44,307 bases of DNA from a virus. The notes under the pieces are model-generated. The model was not told the origin of the DNA. It was given only the letters and a program-made list of their open reading frames with translations, and did not search any database. Position 1 is the stretch's first letter, and each line of letters starts with the position of its first letter. A program made the translations under genes and the position numbers. The stretch lies in UHGV virus genome UHGV-0213691, one strand, 5' to 3'. Positions 1 to 8,673 of this stretch are shown here, in pieces.

Positions 1-1941
1 ATGTCAAGCGGATGCGGTGACGTTTTAAGCCTGGCGGATTTACAAACCGCCAAGAAACACCAGATTTTCGAAGCCGAGGTTATCACGGGCAAATCCGGAG
101 GAGTAGCCGGTGGCGCTGATATTGATTATGCGGCTAATCCGGTTACTGGTCAGACACAGAAGACGCTCCCGGCGGTGTTACGCGATGCTGGCTTTTCTCC
201 TGTATCTTGGGATTTCTCTACTGGCGGTACGTTAACCGCTAATGACCGCGACAAAGTGGTGTATGACCCTGTAAGCAAGACGTGGTACTCGTACGCTGGC
301 ACTTTACCGGTTACAGTTCCCGCTGGGTTTAATCCGGTAGGTAATGCGGACTGGAAGCCTCAAACTGACCCTGATTTGCGGGAGGAGTTGGCGTCGGAAA
401 ATAGCCAAGTCGTAATTTCCGGGCTAGAGGCCAAGGATATTGTGTCCAGAATAGAGGCTACAAAATACGTGGAGGCCCCTGATGTATATGACGTTTTTAT
501 AACTTATGGTCAGTCGAATAGTGCAGGTGAGGCTATTTTATCTGGCGATACGTCAGGATTTCCTGCCGCTCTGCCGAAATCACTAATGTATGATTTTAGT
601 GATGGAGCAATAAAACCAATTATACAGAATGTGGTTAGTTCTTCTGGTGTTACATCATCTGGGCATGCCTGGGGGGAATTTGAGAATGAATGGTATCGCC
701 TTAGCGGGCGCGGTTCAGTGGAGGTACACTGCGGCCGTGGCGCAACTACCATTGCACAACTGTCAAAAGGGACCACATACTACACGCTGTTGGTAAATGC
801 AGTGGCGTCAGCTAAACAGGCAATGATTGCCGCTGGTTTGCCTGTCGGTAAAACTTACGTGATGTACCACCAGGGCGAGTCGGATATGACAGCAGGGACA
901 ACATACAATGGTTATAGAGACAGCTTTATAGCCTTGATAGATGACCTGAAAACCGATATTAATTTTGATTTATTTTGTAATTTTACCGTTGGTTGCCCGG
1001 GGAACCGAACGGAAGAGTCGTGGGCTGCTATTCAAAATGCGCAAAGGTGGGTTTGTAATAGCAAGACTAATGCCGTGACAGTATTTGACGGTTGCCCTTC
1101 ATTTTTAAAAGGTGATGGTAATATTGGCACTACTGATGGTGGTGTTCACTATACGCAACGCGGTTACAATACAATGGGGCGAGAAGGTGCCAGAGGATTA
1201 TGGTCATTAGTTAAAGGTGGAGCAAGCAATAAAACCTCAACCGATTTATCACAATATTCAAATTTTGCCCCACCATGGACACGGTCAAAATTAGCCGCGG
1301 GCACTATTAAATACAGCAATGATAACGCGAAATGGGTTCTTTTATCTAAGGATACTTCCAGTAACTGGAAAATCTCTAACGTGCATAAACTAGTTGTATC
1401 TTCTGACGGTGACTATTTTTCTGTAGAAATTGCAGACAATGCAGAAAACTGGTTTTATGCTTCCGCTGATGTCGATCGCACCACGGCTATAACAGGTGTA
1501 AGAGCTTACGCGGAACCGCTTACAGTTGGAAATGCATTCTATTTAAAAATCACGGTGTATGCTGACGTTTCTTTCCTTGTCAATACAAGCACAGGTGAGA
1601 TTCGTTATGGGCGACCGCCTTCAACCTCTAATGTTCCATCGTGGATTAGCAATAATATCTCTGTTTCTGTCATTAGTCAGGGGGCCGTTGCGATAACGCA
1701 TGGGCGTACTGCGTCAATGCCGTCTGCTACATACCATGCTTCCAACGATGGAACATTAACTGTAGCAAGTGTATCCGCATATGCCGCGTCTACCACATTG
1801 ACAAGAGTTTATTGTGATAAAGCAAACACTGCAAATCCCTGGGTGGTTGTTACACTTAGAGATTTACTAATTACTCCTGCCAACCTGCAATCTTCCGGCA
1901 TTTCGATTAACTTTAACGGAACTTACGCGCCGTCGTTGTAA
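1..1941 (+). CDS. Tail spike / tail fibre protein with SGNH (GDSL-like) acetylesterase-type domain
   Basis: 646-aa ORF; ATG at pos 1 is preceded across the window junction by AAGAGGA (44295-44301, 6-nt spacer); block-I-like YGQSNSAGEA and a DGGVH block; beta-rich C-terminal half; follows the tail-tip genes. Confidence 0.65.
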   Translation: MSSGCGDVLSLADLQTAKKHQIFEAEVITGKSGGVAGGADIDYAANPVTGQTQKTLPAVLRDAGFSPVSWDFSTGGTLTANDRDKVVYDPVSKTWYSYAGTLPVTVPAGFNPVGNADWKPQTDPDLREELASENSQVVISGLEAKDIVSRIEATKYVEAPDVYDVFITYGQSNSAGEAILSGDTSGFPAALPKSLMYDFSDGAIKPIIQNVVSSSGVTSSGHAWGEFENEWYRLSGRGSVEVHCGRGATTIAQLSKGTTYYTLLVNAVASAKQAMIAAGLPVGKTYVMYHQGESDMTAGTTYNGYRDSFIALIDDLKTDINFDLFCNFTVGCPGNRTEESWAAIQNAQRWVCNSKTNAVTVFDGCPSFLKGDGNIGTTDGGVHYTQRGYNTMGREGARGLWSLVKGGASNKTSTDLSQYSNFAPPWTRSKLAAGTIKYSNDNAKWVLLSKDTSSNWKISNVHKLVVSSDGDYFSVEIADNAENWFYASADVDRTTAITGVRAYAEPLTVGNAFYLKITVYADVSFLVNTSTGEIRYGRPPSTSNVPSWISNNISVSVISQGAVAITHGRTASMPSATYHASNDGTLTVASVSAYAASTTLTRVYCDKANTANPWVVVTLRDLLITPANLQSSGISINFNGTYAPSL

Positions 1942-1943
1942 TG

Positions 1944-1970
1944 AAAAGGCCCCAAACGGGGCCTTTTCTC
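1944..1970. terminator. Bidirectional intrinsic terminator between tail spike and leftward replication operon
   Basis: AAAAGGCCCC-AAAC-GGGGCCTTTT hairpin with A-run upstream and T-run downstream. Confidence 0.7.
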
Positions 1971-2194
1971 TACTCTTCCGATAGCTTCTCCAGTACAAAC
2001 GACAGCGTAGCATTAGCGGCATCTCTTTGCTGCCGTAGTCGTAGAACCTCCTCTTCGAGTTCCTTAACTTTTAAAGCAAGTTCAACTATCTCCGCACTGC
2101 CCACCGTTTCGTACGCGCGAGGGGATATTTTCTTACCACTTTCTAATGTCTTAAAACCCAACGCGGCGATTTCGCTAACACGACTACTCTTCAT
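1970..2194 (-). CDS. Hypothetical protein (74 aa, coiled-coil-like)
   Basis: ATG start overlaps helicase stop (ATGA); GAGG upstream; last gene of leftward operon before terminator. Confidence 0.4.
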   Translation of the reverse strand: MKSSRVSEIAALGFKTLESGKKISPRAYETVGSAEIVELALKVKELEEEVLRLRQQRDAANATLSFVLEKLSEE

Positions 2195-3615
2195 TTTTTA
2201 CCTCGTCTCTTCATGTAATTAAGCAACTCTTCCTGTACCGATTTCTTCTCGTCTGTACGCGCGGCGACAACCTCGTCCAGCGTGTCTTTAGCAACGATGT
2301 GGTACAGGAACACTGGTCGCTCGTGGCCTGCCTGTTTCTGGCGGACCGGGCCTATACGCTCGACAACCTGCAAATAGTGCTCAAGGTTCCAGCCTTGCGA
2401 AATAAACGCCAGATGATGTCCCCCATCCTGTAAATTCAAACCATGCCCGGCTGACGCAGGGTGGACGCACAAGATTTCGATTTCACCACGGTTCCACGCT
2501 TCCATCTGCTTATTACCCTTAGCCCCTTTGGCAAACGCCTGCGCCTGCGGGAATCGCTTAAGGATGCGCTCCAGTTCATGCTTGAACTGATAGGCCACCA
2601 GCAACGGTGCGCCCTGTAACTCCTCAACAATCGACTCCAGCGCGTCCAGTTTCGTATCGTGCACTTTCTCCCAGTCTTTCGTTGCTTCGCCGTCCGGCCC
2701 CGATACATACACGGCACCGGACGCAATCTGTAGGCACTTCGACGTCTTCGCCGCCGCATTAGCCGCTTCAACTTCCCCGCTCTCCAGTTCCGCGAATAAC
2801 TTCTCCTCCATATCGATGTACGCCTGACGTGCTTTCTTCGGCAGGTCGATTTCAACCGGCACAATAATCGGCGCTTCACACCCGAACCACTCGGCGGCGT
2901 CAATCGTAAGACTGATGTCCTTCATTTTCTGATGAATCTCATTATCCGCACCTGGTCGTGCGTGATACTCCCGCGCCATAGCTGACTTACCTTTCTGTAT
3001 CGAGTTAAACCAGCGGTCGGTGAATGCCGTGTAGGAAGAACCGAGTCGCTCGCCCGCGTCGATAAACCAGTTCTGGCCCCACAAGTCTTTGAGGCCGTTT
3101 GGCGACGGTGTACCTGTCAGGTTGATGAAACGCTTAACTTTACCGAACGCCACTTTACTAAGCGCCTTTGCTCTCTTGCTACCGCCTGAACGGCTGCGGA
3201 ACGATTTAAGCTTCGTGCTCTCATCAGCAACGATAACCGTAAAAGGCCAGTCGTCTTTGCCGTAGTAGTCAATCAACCACTCGATAACTTCGTAGTTCGT
3301 ACACACCACGTTAGCGTCAGACTCCAGCGCCGCGATGCGGCGTTTCTCTGAACCTGTTGCATCGACGACACGCAGACATGGGAACCGCCATTTCTCTTGT
3401 TCAGCGGGCCATGTACCGGATGCAACGCGCAGCGGGGCCAGGATTAACACTCGGTCGTCGTCATTAAGTTGCCCATTACGGAACAGTCGGTTTAAGGCCC
3501 ACAGTACGCTGCCAGTCTTCCCGGCGCCCATGCTTGCCCATATGTTGCAGCGATGGTGTCGCAACATGAACGAGGTCATGAGTTTCTGGTACTCGCGTCT
3601 TTGAAACTTACTCAT
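2191..3615 (-). CDS. SNF2/DEAD-like family helicase
   Basis: 474 aa; Walker A GAGKTG, DEAH-like VADESTK, ILAPLRVASGTW and LTGTPSPNGLKDLWGQ motifs. Confidence 0.85.
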   Translation of the reverse strand: MSKFQRREYQKLMTSFMLRHHRCNIWASMGAGKTGSVLWALNRLFRNGQLNDDDRVLILAPLRVASGTWPAEQEKWRFPCLRVVDATGSEKRRIAALESDANVVCTNYEVIEWLIDYYGKDDWPFTVIVADESTKLKSFRSRSGGSKRAKALSKVAFGKVKRFINLTGTPSPNGLKDLWGQNWFIDAGERLGSSYTAFTDRWFNSIQKGKSAMAREYHARPGADNEIHQKMKDISLTIDAAEWFGCEAPIIVPVEIDLPKKARQAYIDMEEKLFAELESGEVEAANAAAKTSKCLQIASGAVYVSGPDGEATKDWEKVHDTKLDALESIVEELQGAPLLVAYQFKHELERILKRFPQAQAFAKGAKGNKQMEAWNRGEIEILCVHPASAGHGLNLQDGGHHLAFISQGWNLEHYLQVVERIGPVRQKQAGHERPVFLYHIVAKDTLDEVVAARTDEKKSVQEELLNYMKRRGKK

Positions 3616-4537
3616 TTACCGCCCCCATGAACGCCTTTATAAATTCAGCGGCTACTTGCGGGACGATGGCATTGCCATAACCGCGCAATCGTCCCACTCT
3701 GGCGGGTATCCCATTAGCCAGCGGGAATGTGCCGGGTTCAACTGGCCGGAACTTTCCATCACGGCATCCGAGCCAGTCAGCATCTGACCAGAAGCCGTGA
3801 TGCGAATTGGTTGTGTTATTTTCAGACCCTGCTCCGTCGAGTAGTCCAGCCTGTCGAATGTCCTGTCCTTCCCGTCCTTGCGAATACCTGTCTTTCCGCT
3901 CCCCATGTAGTCGTTCGCTGTCGGTGTAGGCCAAGCCGCCAACGCGGCAGCCCATCCCAGTTTGTTCGGTTTCGTCCTGCCGTCTGTGCTGCGCATGTTC
4001 GCGTCGTTTGTTATCAGTGATACCGCCGGTGTGGGCCAGTCTGTGCGCGCCGAAGAAAAGTCTGTCGCGTTTGTGTGGCGCGCCGACGCTACAAGCTGGG
4101 AGTACCGCAAACCCGACGGCGTAGCCTTCTCCCTCCAGGTGAGTTTGTAAGTCGCACATCCACGATTTTGCAATTGCTGGCGCAACCTGTTCACCAAAGA
4201 GGACTGGAGGGCAGCACTCGCTGATGAGGTCAAGGAATACGGGCGCGAGGTGTCTTGGGTCGAACTGTCCGAGTTGCTTTCCTGCCGCGCTAAACGGTTG
4301 GCAAGGCGGGCTTCCCGTCCAGAGAGGCGTATCTTCCGAAACTCCCGCAAGTCTGAGCGCGAGAGGCCAGCCGCCGATACCAGCGAAAAAATGACACTGG
4401 GTGAACCCGTCGAGGTCTTCAGGTTTAACTTCGGTAATGCTTCTTTCATCTACAATTCCAAAAGGTATGTGACCCTGCTTTATTAATTCACGCAGCCACG
4501 CGGCTGCGCCTTTATCCCACTCATTGTAATAGTTCAT
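3608..4537 (-). CDS. DNA (cytosine-5)-methyltransferase-like protein, compact
   Basis: 309 aa; motif I FAGIGG, motif IV PPCQPFS (PCQ Cys), FGEQV (ENV-like), HKRDRLFF (RxR), GNAIVPQV; only about 20 aa between motifs I and IV. Confidence 0.6.
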   Translation of the reverse strand: MNYYNEWDKGAAAWLRELIKQGHIPFGIVDERSITEVKPEDLDGFTQCHFFAGIGGWPLALRLAGVSEDTPLWTGSPPCQPFSAAGKQLGQFDPRHLAPVFLDLISECCPPVLFGEQVAPAIAKSWMCDLQTHLEGEGYAVGFAVLPACSVGAPHKRDRLFFGAHRLAHTGGITDNKRREHAQHRRQDETEQTGMGCRVGGLAYTDSERLHGERKDRYSQGREGQDIRQAGLLDGAGSENNTTNSHHGFWSDADWLGCRDGKFRPVEPGTFPLANGIPARVGRLRGYGNAIVPQVAAEFIKAFMGAVNE

Positions 4538-4725
4538 TTCGCCACCAGTACCAGCTCTTTACGCCCGAACGCCGTAACGTTTCCGGTTACGTCTTCAATA
4601 ACCAGTTTACCGTCCGACTCGACGAACACCGTATCGACGGCAACAGGCCGACGGGTCTTAACGTTGAAAATCATGTCACCCGGTACGATGTCACGTGCTG
4701 GTTTGCGGTCATATTCGTGTTTCAT
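4534..4725 (-). CDS. Hypothetical protein (63 aa)
   Basis: ATG with AAGGA RBS; stop overlaps MTase start (ATGA). Confidence 0.45.
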   Translation of the reverse strand: MKHEYDRKPARDIVPGDMIFNVKTRRPVAVDTVFVESDGKLVIEDVTGNVTAFGRKELVLVAK

Positions 4726-4755
4726 TTCTCAATTCCTTATATTGTTGGTGTAGGA

Positions 4756-5040
4756 CTAACTATAATAGTTCGCTATTAGGTCGTCAACCTCTTCTTTTGT
4801 TCCTACTACAAAAACATTTGCGTCACGTTTACGAAGCCGTTTGTGTTCCCGCAACTGATGGGCCTCCGGTTCCGTGTTTTCGTCTTTCTTCACCTCGACG
4901 AACCATATCACCCCTCCCGGAAGTACTACTAGCAGATCAGGCGCTCCGTTTCTACCCTCATACACCATCTTACGTACGAGGCCACCGAGGGCCTCGAATC
5001 GCTCTTTTGCGTATTTCTGGATGCGGCCCTCTTTAGTCAT
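4756..5040 (-). CDS. VRR-NUC domain nuclease
   Basis: 94 aa; PD-(D/E)xK-type signature PDLLVV...FVEVKK. Confidence 0.7.
   Translation of the reverse strand: MTKEGRIQKYAKERFEALGGLVRKMVYEGRNGAPDLLVVLPGGVIWFVEVKKDENTEPEAHQLREHKRLRKRDANVFVVGTKEEVDDLIANYYS
4759..4787 (-). promoter_or_regulatory. Sigma70-like promoter (TTGACG-17-TATAGT) with operator AATAG-N4-CTATT (4764-4777)
   Basis: Read on minus strand; hexamers with 17-bp spacer; lies inside the 3' end of the VRR-NUC ORF. Confidence 0.45.
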
Positions 5041-5189
5041 GGCCGCAGAATCCAGGTGAGGAAAGCCCCGCCGATGGTGGCAACGCCAACAAACTTAAAG
5101 AACAGGCCGTAGCAGAACATCGCGGCTATTCCCGCACCGAGTAACAGTGCGAGCATGGTTACTATCGTCCAAAATACAAACATTGTCAT
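5037..5189 (-). CDS. Small membrane protein (50 aa, 2 predicted TM helices)
   Basis: Not in ORF track (<60 aa); ATG with GAGGGG RBS; stop overlaps VRR-NUC start (ATGA); hydrophobic. Confidence 0.35.
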   Translation of the reverse strand: MTMFVFWTIVTMLALLLGAGIAAMFCYGLFFKFVGVATIGGAFLTWILRP

Positions 5190-5275
5190 AATACGCACCC
5201 CTCACGTTTAGTGTGTTCAATCCCGCAGCGCGGGCAGATTCGGCAGTCTTCTTCATATAACCGGTAAATTTTCAT
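5186..5275 (-). CDS. Tiny Cys-rich ORF (29 aa, CxxCxxC)
   Basis: ATGA-coupled between two other tiny ORFs; MKIYRLYEEDCRICPRCG... Confidence 0.2.
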   Translation of the reverse strand: MKIYRLYEEDCRICPRCGIEHTKREGCVL

Positions 5276-5403
5276 TCCAGCACCCACAGATACATCGCAA
5301 TGAGCATGCATAGTACCGCAACCACCATGCCGTATTGTCCTTCGTGACAGTAGACACCGGCGGCGAACCCCGCCAGTACCGCGATAATAAGTTTACTTAG
5401 CAT
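5272..5403 (-). CDS. Small membrane protein (43 aa)
   Basis: ATG overlaps 3' end of polymerase gene; hydrophobic MLSKLIIAVLAGFAAG...; ATGA-coupled downstream. Confidence 0.3.
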   Translation of the reverse strand: MLSKLIIAVLAGFAAGVYCHEGQYGMVVAVLCMLIAMYLWVLE

Positions 5404-7666
5404 AACGGTACACCTCTTCCCCGGCCCACGTTAGCGGGAATCCTTCAGCCCATTCAGGTAATGAGCATAATAGGTCGCCCATCTCTTTAACCGTGTACTC
5501 CGGTGTGTCTGGTGTTTCGGCGACGCATTCGTCATGTACGTGAAGTACAATTGGGTAGCCCGCTGCCTCGACCGTCAGGAGTCCGTTAACCAGTAAATCA
5601 CGACACAACGCCTGGATAATGTTTTCACACAATTTTCCGCCGTGTGTGTACAAAGTTGTCCACTGGCGGGTGGTCTGATTTTCGCCCTGGTATTTAATGC
5701 GAACGTTAGTTGTTACGCGCCCGTCCTCGTCGGTCTCTTTAGTAACGCTCAGACCTATGCCGGGGTATGACATGATGCGCCCTGACGGCAGTTCTACACA
5801 CAACCACCAACCCGGCACAAAGTTACCCTGTCTGTCTTTCTCTTTAGTACGCCAGATGCGGATAGCTCTGTCGCCGTTGAGGCGGACTCTGGCCCCCGCC
5901 CAAAACTCTCGTCCCGGATTTCTGATTGCAGCAATTACCGAATCCTTAAGGTCGTTCCAGAATTTCACTGTTTCCGGGTGGGCTTCCCGCCACATGCGCT
6001 TGATAGCATCGCAAGTGCGCCAGACTTCTTTAGGCAGCACATAAGAGGCCCGTTCATCTTTTTTACCGGGTTTTGGGGGTCGTTTAGCCTCCTGAATTCT
6101 GGCCCATTCGTAGCCACGGGCGGTAGCCGCCCAAATGTGGTCGGGGAACGTGCCCCGCATTGTCTCTGTCATTTTAAAGAGGTCCAGCCCGTAAGTTTTA
6201 GCCATAGTCATAAAAGCCCCTACGCCCCCCTCGTAGCCGAGGCCGAGTTCGCAACATTTCCCGACCTGACGTAGGTCCTTACGGGTGGCTTTTAGTTCTA
6301 CGGGGTCCATGCCAAACATCTTGCCCGCGGTGGCGCAATAAATATCAATCCCTGCGCGGAAGGTCTCAAGCGCGGATGTCTCCCCCGCGGTCCAGGCCAA
6401 CCCGCGCCCTTCTACGTTTGAGTAGTCGGCAACGAGCAACTTACTACCCTTTTCAGGGATGATGCAACTGCGAACAGTCGAGGCTGTCAGCTTGGATACG
6501 TCGAAACGACGGTGCGCCCGACCCTTTAGCAGCAGATTGATGCCGAACGATAGGGGGTTGAGACGACGGTTCCAGTCTTCGTCGGACTCCCACGGCTGGC
6601 GTACAAGTTTCTTCTCCTCGTTAGTCGGGTCATCATGATAGTACCCGCGCGACAGGTTCTGCGGCTGGAACCCTTTACCCGCAAATCGTAAAGTGCGCTT
6701 TGCCCCACCGTACTGGATGCAACCGCGGCGGCGGCCGTCTTTGGACCGTCCTAGCAGGAGCGGTTTGTATTTTGTCGACGCCGTGGAGGCCGCGCCGAGG
6801 CGCATCTCAATGATTGTGCGCGCATCGTCAGGTAAGTCGTCGTCCTCTAGCAAACCTTCGAGCGTTGCTTTCTGCGCATTATAGATATTGTAGGCCGGTG
6901 CCAGCTCCCGAAGGATTGGCAGGAAGTCTTTACCCGTTAGCTTCCCGCCAAATTTAGCCCTGGCCTCGTTTTTTAGCTCTTGCTTGTGGCGTTCAACTGC
7001 TGCTACCGCCGCCTCAGCAAGAGCCGCATCAACAAAGAAGCCTCGGTCGTTGATTAACTGGTCAAGTTCAAGTACACGGTCCTCGAAATCGGAGTTACCC
7101 CAACGTGGCAGCTTATGGAAGACTTCACGCATCGCTGTGATGTCGCTCACGGCGTACTTGATGAACAGCGCCCATTCGTCCGGGTGCGTTTCGGCGGTGT
7201 AGCGGCGGATTTTATAGTTCTTCGGGGTTGGTTTGGAGAAACGCTGAATCAGAGCCTTGCCACGTTTATCTTTCGCGTTGTCGGCGGATACGCCCAGCAC
7301 TTCGCATAATGCGTCAAGTGAACCCGGCAGCGCGTGGCGAAACGCCCAAATCATAGTGTCAATGGTGTTGCTGACCGGAATATCGAAGCCCCAGCAGTTC
7401 TTCATGATGAGCCTATCGAAAAGTCCACCGTTATGCCACACCATCTTAATGCGACTGTTTGGCTTCACCAGACGGCGTAACGCGCGGTGTAAATCTCCCG
7501 GCATGTCGCTGCCGTCAGTGCAGTCCCATACCTGAACAGGCTCGTCATCAAAAGCATAGGTGCAGATGAGCACTTCGGTAGTCGGGTGTTCGGCGTAAGC
7601 ATAGGAGCCGACTTTCTTCAAATCGGCTTCGGAGAAGGTTTCAAAGTCTAAGAACAGATAACTCAT
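5393..7666 (-). CDS. Family A DNA polymerase with 3'-5' exonuclease domain
   Basis: 757 aa; Exo I LDFETFS; motif A DYSNVEGR; motif B RKDLRQVGKCCELGLGYEGG; motif C VHDE. Confidence 0.9.
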   Translation of the reverse strand: MSYLFLDFETFSEADLKKVGSYAYAEHPTTEVLICTYAFDDEPVQVWDCTDGSDMPGDLHRALRRLVKPNSRIKMVWHNGGLFDRLIMKNCWGFDIPVSNTIDTMIWAFRHALPGSLDALCEVLGVSADNAKDKRGKALIQRFSKPTPKNYKIRRYTAETHPDEWALFIKYAVSDITAMREVFHKLPRWGNSDFEDRVLELDQLINDRGFFVDAALAEAAVAAVERHKQELKNEARAKFGGKLTGKDFLPILRELAPAYNIYNAQKATLEGLLEDDDLPDDARTIIEMRLGAASTASTKYKPLLLGRSKDGRRRGCIQYGGAKRTLRFAGKGFQPQNLSRGYYHDDPTNEEKKLVRQPWESDEDWNRRLNPLSFGINLLLKGRAHRRFDVSKLTASTVRSCIIPEKGSKLLVADYSNVEGRGLAWTAGETSALETFRAGIDIYCATAGKMFGMDPVELKATRKDLRQVGKCCELGLGYEGGVGAFMTMAKTYGLDLFKMTETMRGTFPDHIWAATARGYEWARIQEAKRPPKPGKKDERASYVLPKEVWRTCDAIKRMWREAHPETVKFWNDLKDSVIAAIRNPGREFWAGARVRLNGDRAIRIWRTKEKDRQGNFVPGWWLCVELPSGRIMSYPGIGLSVTKETDEDGRVTTNVRIKYQGENQTTRQWTTLYTHGGKLCENIIQALCRDLLVNGLLTVEAAGYPIVLHVHDECVAETPDTPEYTVKEMGDLLCSLPEWAEGFPLTWAGEEVYRYAK

Positions 7667-7677
7667 TATTTTGACCC

Positions 7678-7705
7678 TTAGTAAAAAGGCCCAATAAAGG
7701 GCCTT
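7678..7705 (-). terminator. Intrinsic terminator/attenuator between SSB-like gene and polymerase gene
   Basis: Minus-strand AAGGCCC-loop-GGGCCTT hairpin followed by TTTTT, 12 nt upstream of pol ATG. Confidence 0.45.
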
Positions 7706-7724
7706 AATTAAACAGATTCAGATA

Positions 7725-8357
7725 TTAACCACGGCGACGACGTTCGCGGCGCGGTGCTTCATCTTCTTCGTCGTCTTCCAGGTCGTCGGTGCTCGCTACT
7801 ACACTGGAGCCGCCGAAGCGTTTACCTTCGCCCATATACTTGATGCCGAGGATGGTAGCGCACAGGTTTTTCCAATCTTTGTGCCACCATAATTCTACAG
7901 ATACGTTTGCGATACATCCGCTATATACCTGCTCGCCTTCTATTTCTTTCCCGTCGATGTTGAAATCAGGCTCGGTTTGTTTTTCACCTTTAGCCGATGT
8001 CATAATCACCGGTTGGCGGTTGTTTGTAGCGCGGAAATACAGACCTTCTTCAAAATCCTCAATCGGATTATCTCGCATTGCCAGGTCACGGACGCAGCAT
8101 TTGTCTGCGTGGTGGTCTACACCGTAGTTGGCCTTCATCCATTTCTCGGCAGCAGCGGCCCCGATTGCATCTGTTACAACTTCCAACGCGGTGTCGTAAA
8201 GCGCATCAATTTGAGGATGGTCAGGCTGCATAAGAACAGTAACCTGATACTTACCCTTAATCAGTTTACCGGTTTTCTTGTCCTCAGAGTCGGCGGCACG
8301 TTCAAATACGTTAACCCAGGCAGTGTTTACTTTACGCAGATTCAGTTTAATACCCAT
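7725..8357 (-). CDS. Putative ssDNA-binding protein (DUF2815-like) with acidic C-terminal tail
   Basis: 210 aa; N-terminal VNTAWVNVFERA...KYQVTVLM pattern; DDLEDDEEDE tail; classic position beside DUF2800 and Pol A genes. Confidence 0.45.
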   Translation of the reverse strand: MGIKLNLRKVNTAWVNVFERAADSEDKKTGKLIKGKYQVTVLMQPDHPQIDALYDTALEVVTDAIGAAAAEKWMKANYGVDHHADKCCVRDLAMRDNPIEDFEEGLYFRATNNRQPVIMTSAKGEKQTEPDFNIDGKEIEGEQVYSGCIANVSVELWWHKDWKNLCATILGIKYMGEGKRFGGSSVVASTDDLEDDEEDEAPRRERRRRG

Positions 8358-8411
8358 CTTGATTTCTCGCTTTTAAGTTTACTCCGGGAAGCTGCCCGGC
8401 CAGTGATTAGA

Positions 8412-8440
8412 ACTATAATAGTTAACTATTCAGGTGTCAA
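8412..8440 (-). promoter_or_regulatory. Sigma70-like promoter (TTGACA-17-TATAGT) with perfect palindrome AATAGTTAACTATT (8417-8430)
   Basis: Consensus -35, 17-bp spacer, operator overlapping spacer and -10; upstream of SSB-like gene. Confidence 0.55.
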
Positions 8441-8673
8441 CCCTTCCAGCCAGTTATTTTCTCAACTATCAGTACGTATTCGAAAGGCCCCTCCAAATTC
8501 TGCACCCATTTAATTTCCTTCGTTGAGTCAAGTTGCTCGGGGTCTACCGTTTCGTACTTAATCGCAACGTAGACCGTGAGCGGAAGAAGGATAACTAGAA
8601 GCGGCACTAACATTGCCCAGTAAACTACGAAGGCCACAAGCCCGCCAAGCACCCTGAACATTTTACGAATCAT
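8437..8673 (-). CDS. Small membrane protein (78 aa)
   Basis: ATG at 8673 with GAGGAGGA RBS; hydrophobic core LVAFVVYWAMLVPLLVILLPLTVYVAI; ATGA overlap with DUF2800 stop. Confidence 0.4.
   Translation of the reverse strand: MIRKMFRVLGGLVAFVVYWAMLVPLLVILLPLTVYVAIKYETVDPEQLDSTKEIKWVQNLEGPFEYVLIVEKITGWKG

Noticed and set aside
1941-2222. 93-aa plus-strand ORF after the tail-spike gene
   Set aside because: Begins inside the terminator hairpin and runs antisense to the coupled minus-strand gene 1970-2194; Ser-rich, no RBS.
2436-2903. 155-aa minus-strand ORF inside the SNF2 helicase gene
   Set aside because: Arg-rich off-frame translation of the helicase gene.
3652-4449. 265-aa minus-strand ORF overlapping the methyltransferase gene in another frame
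   Set aside because: Ser/Arg/Ala-rich low-complexity translation typical of an off-frame read of a GC-rich gene; the other frame carries the MTase motifs.
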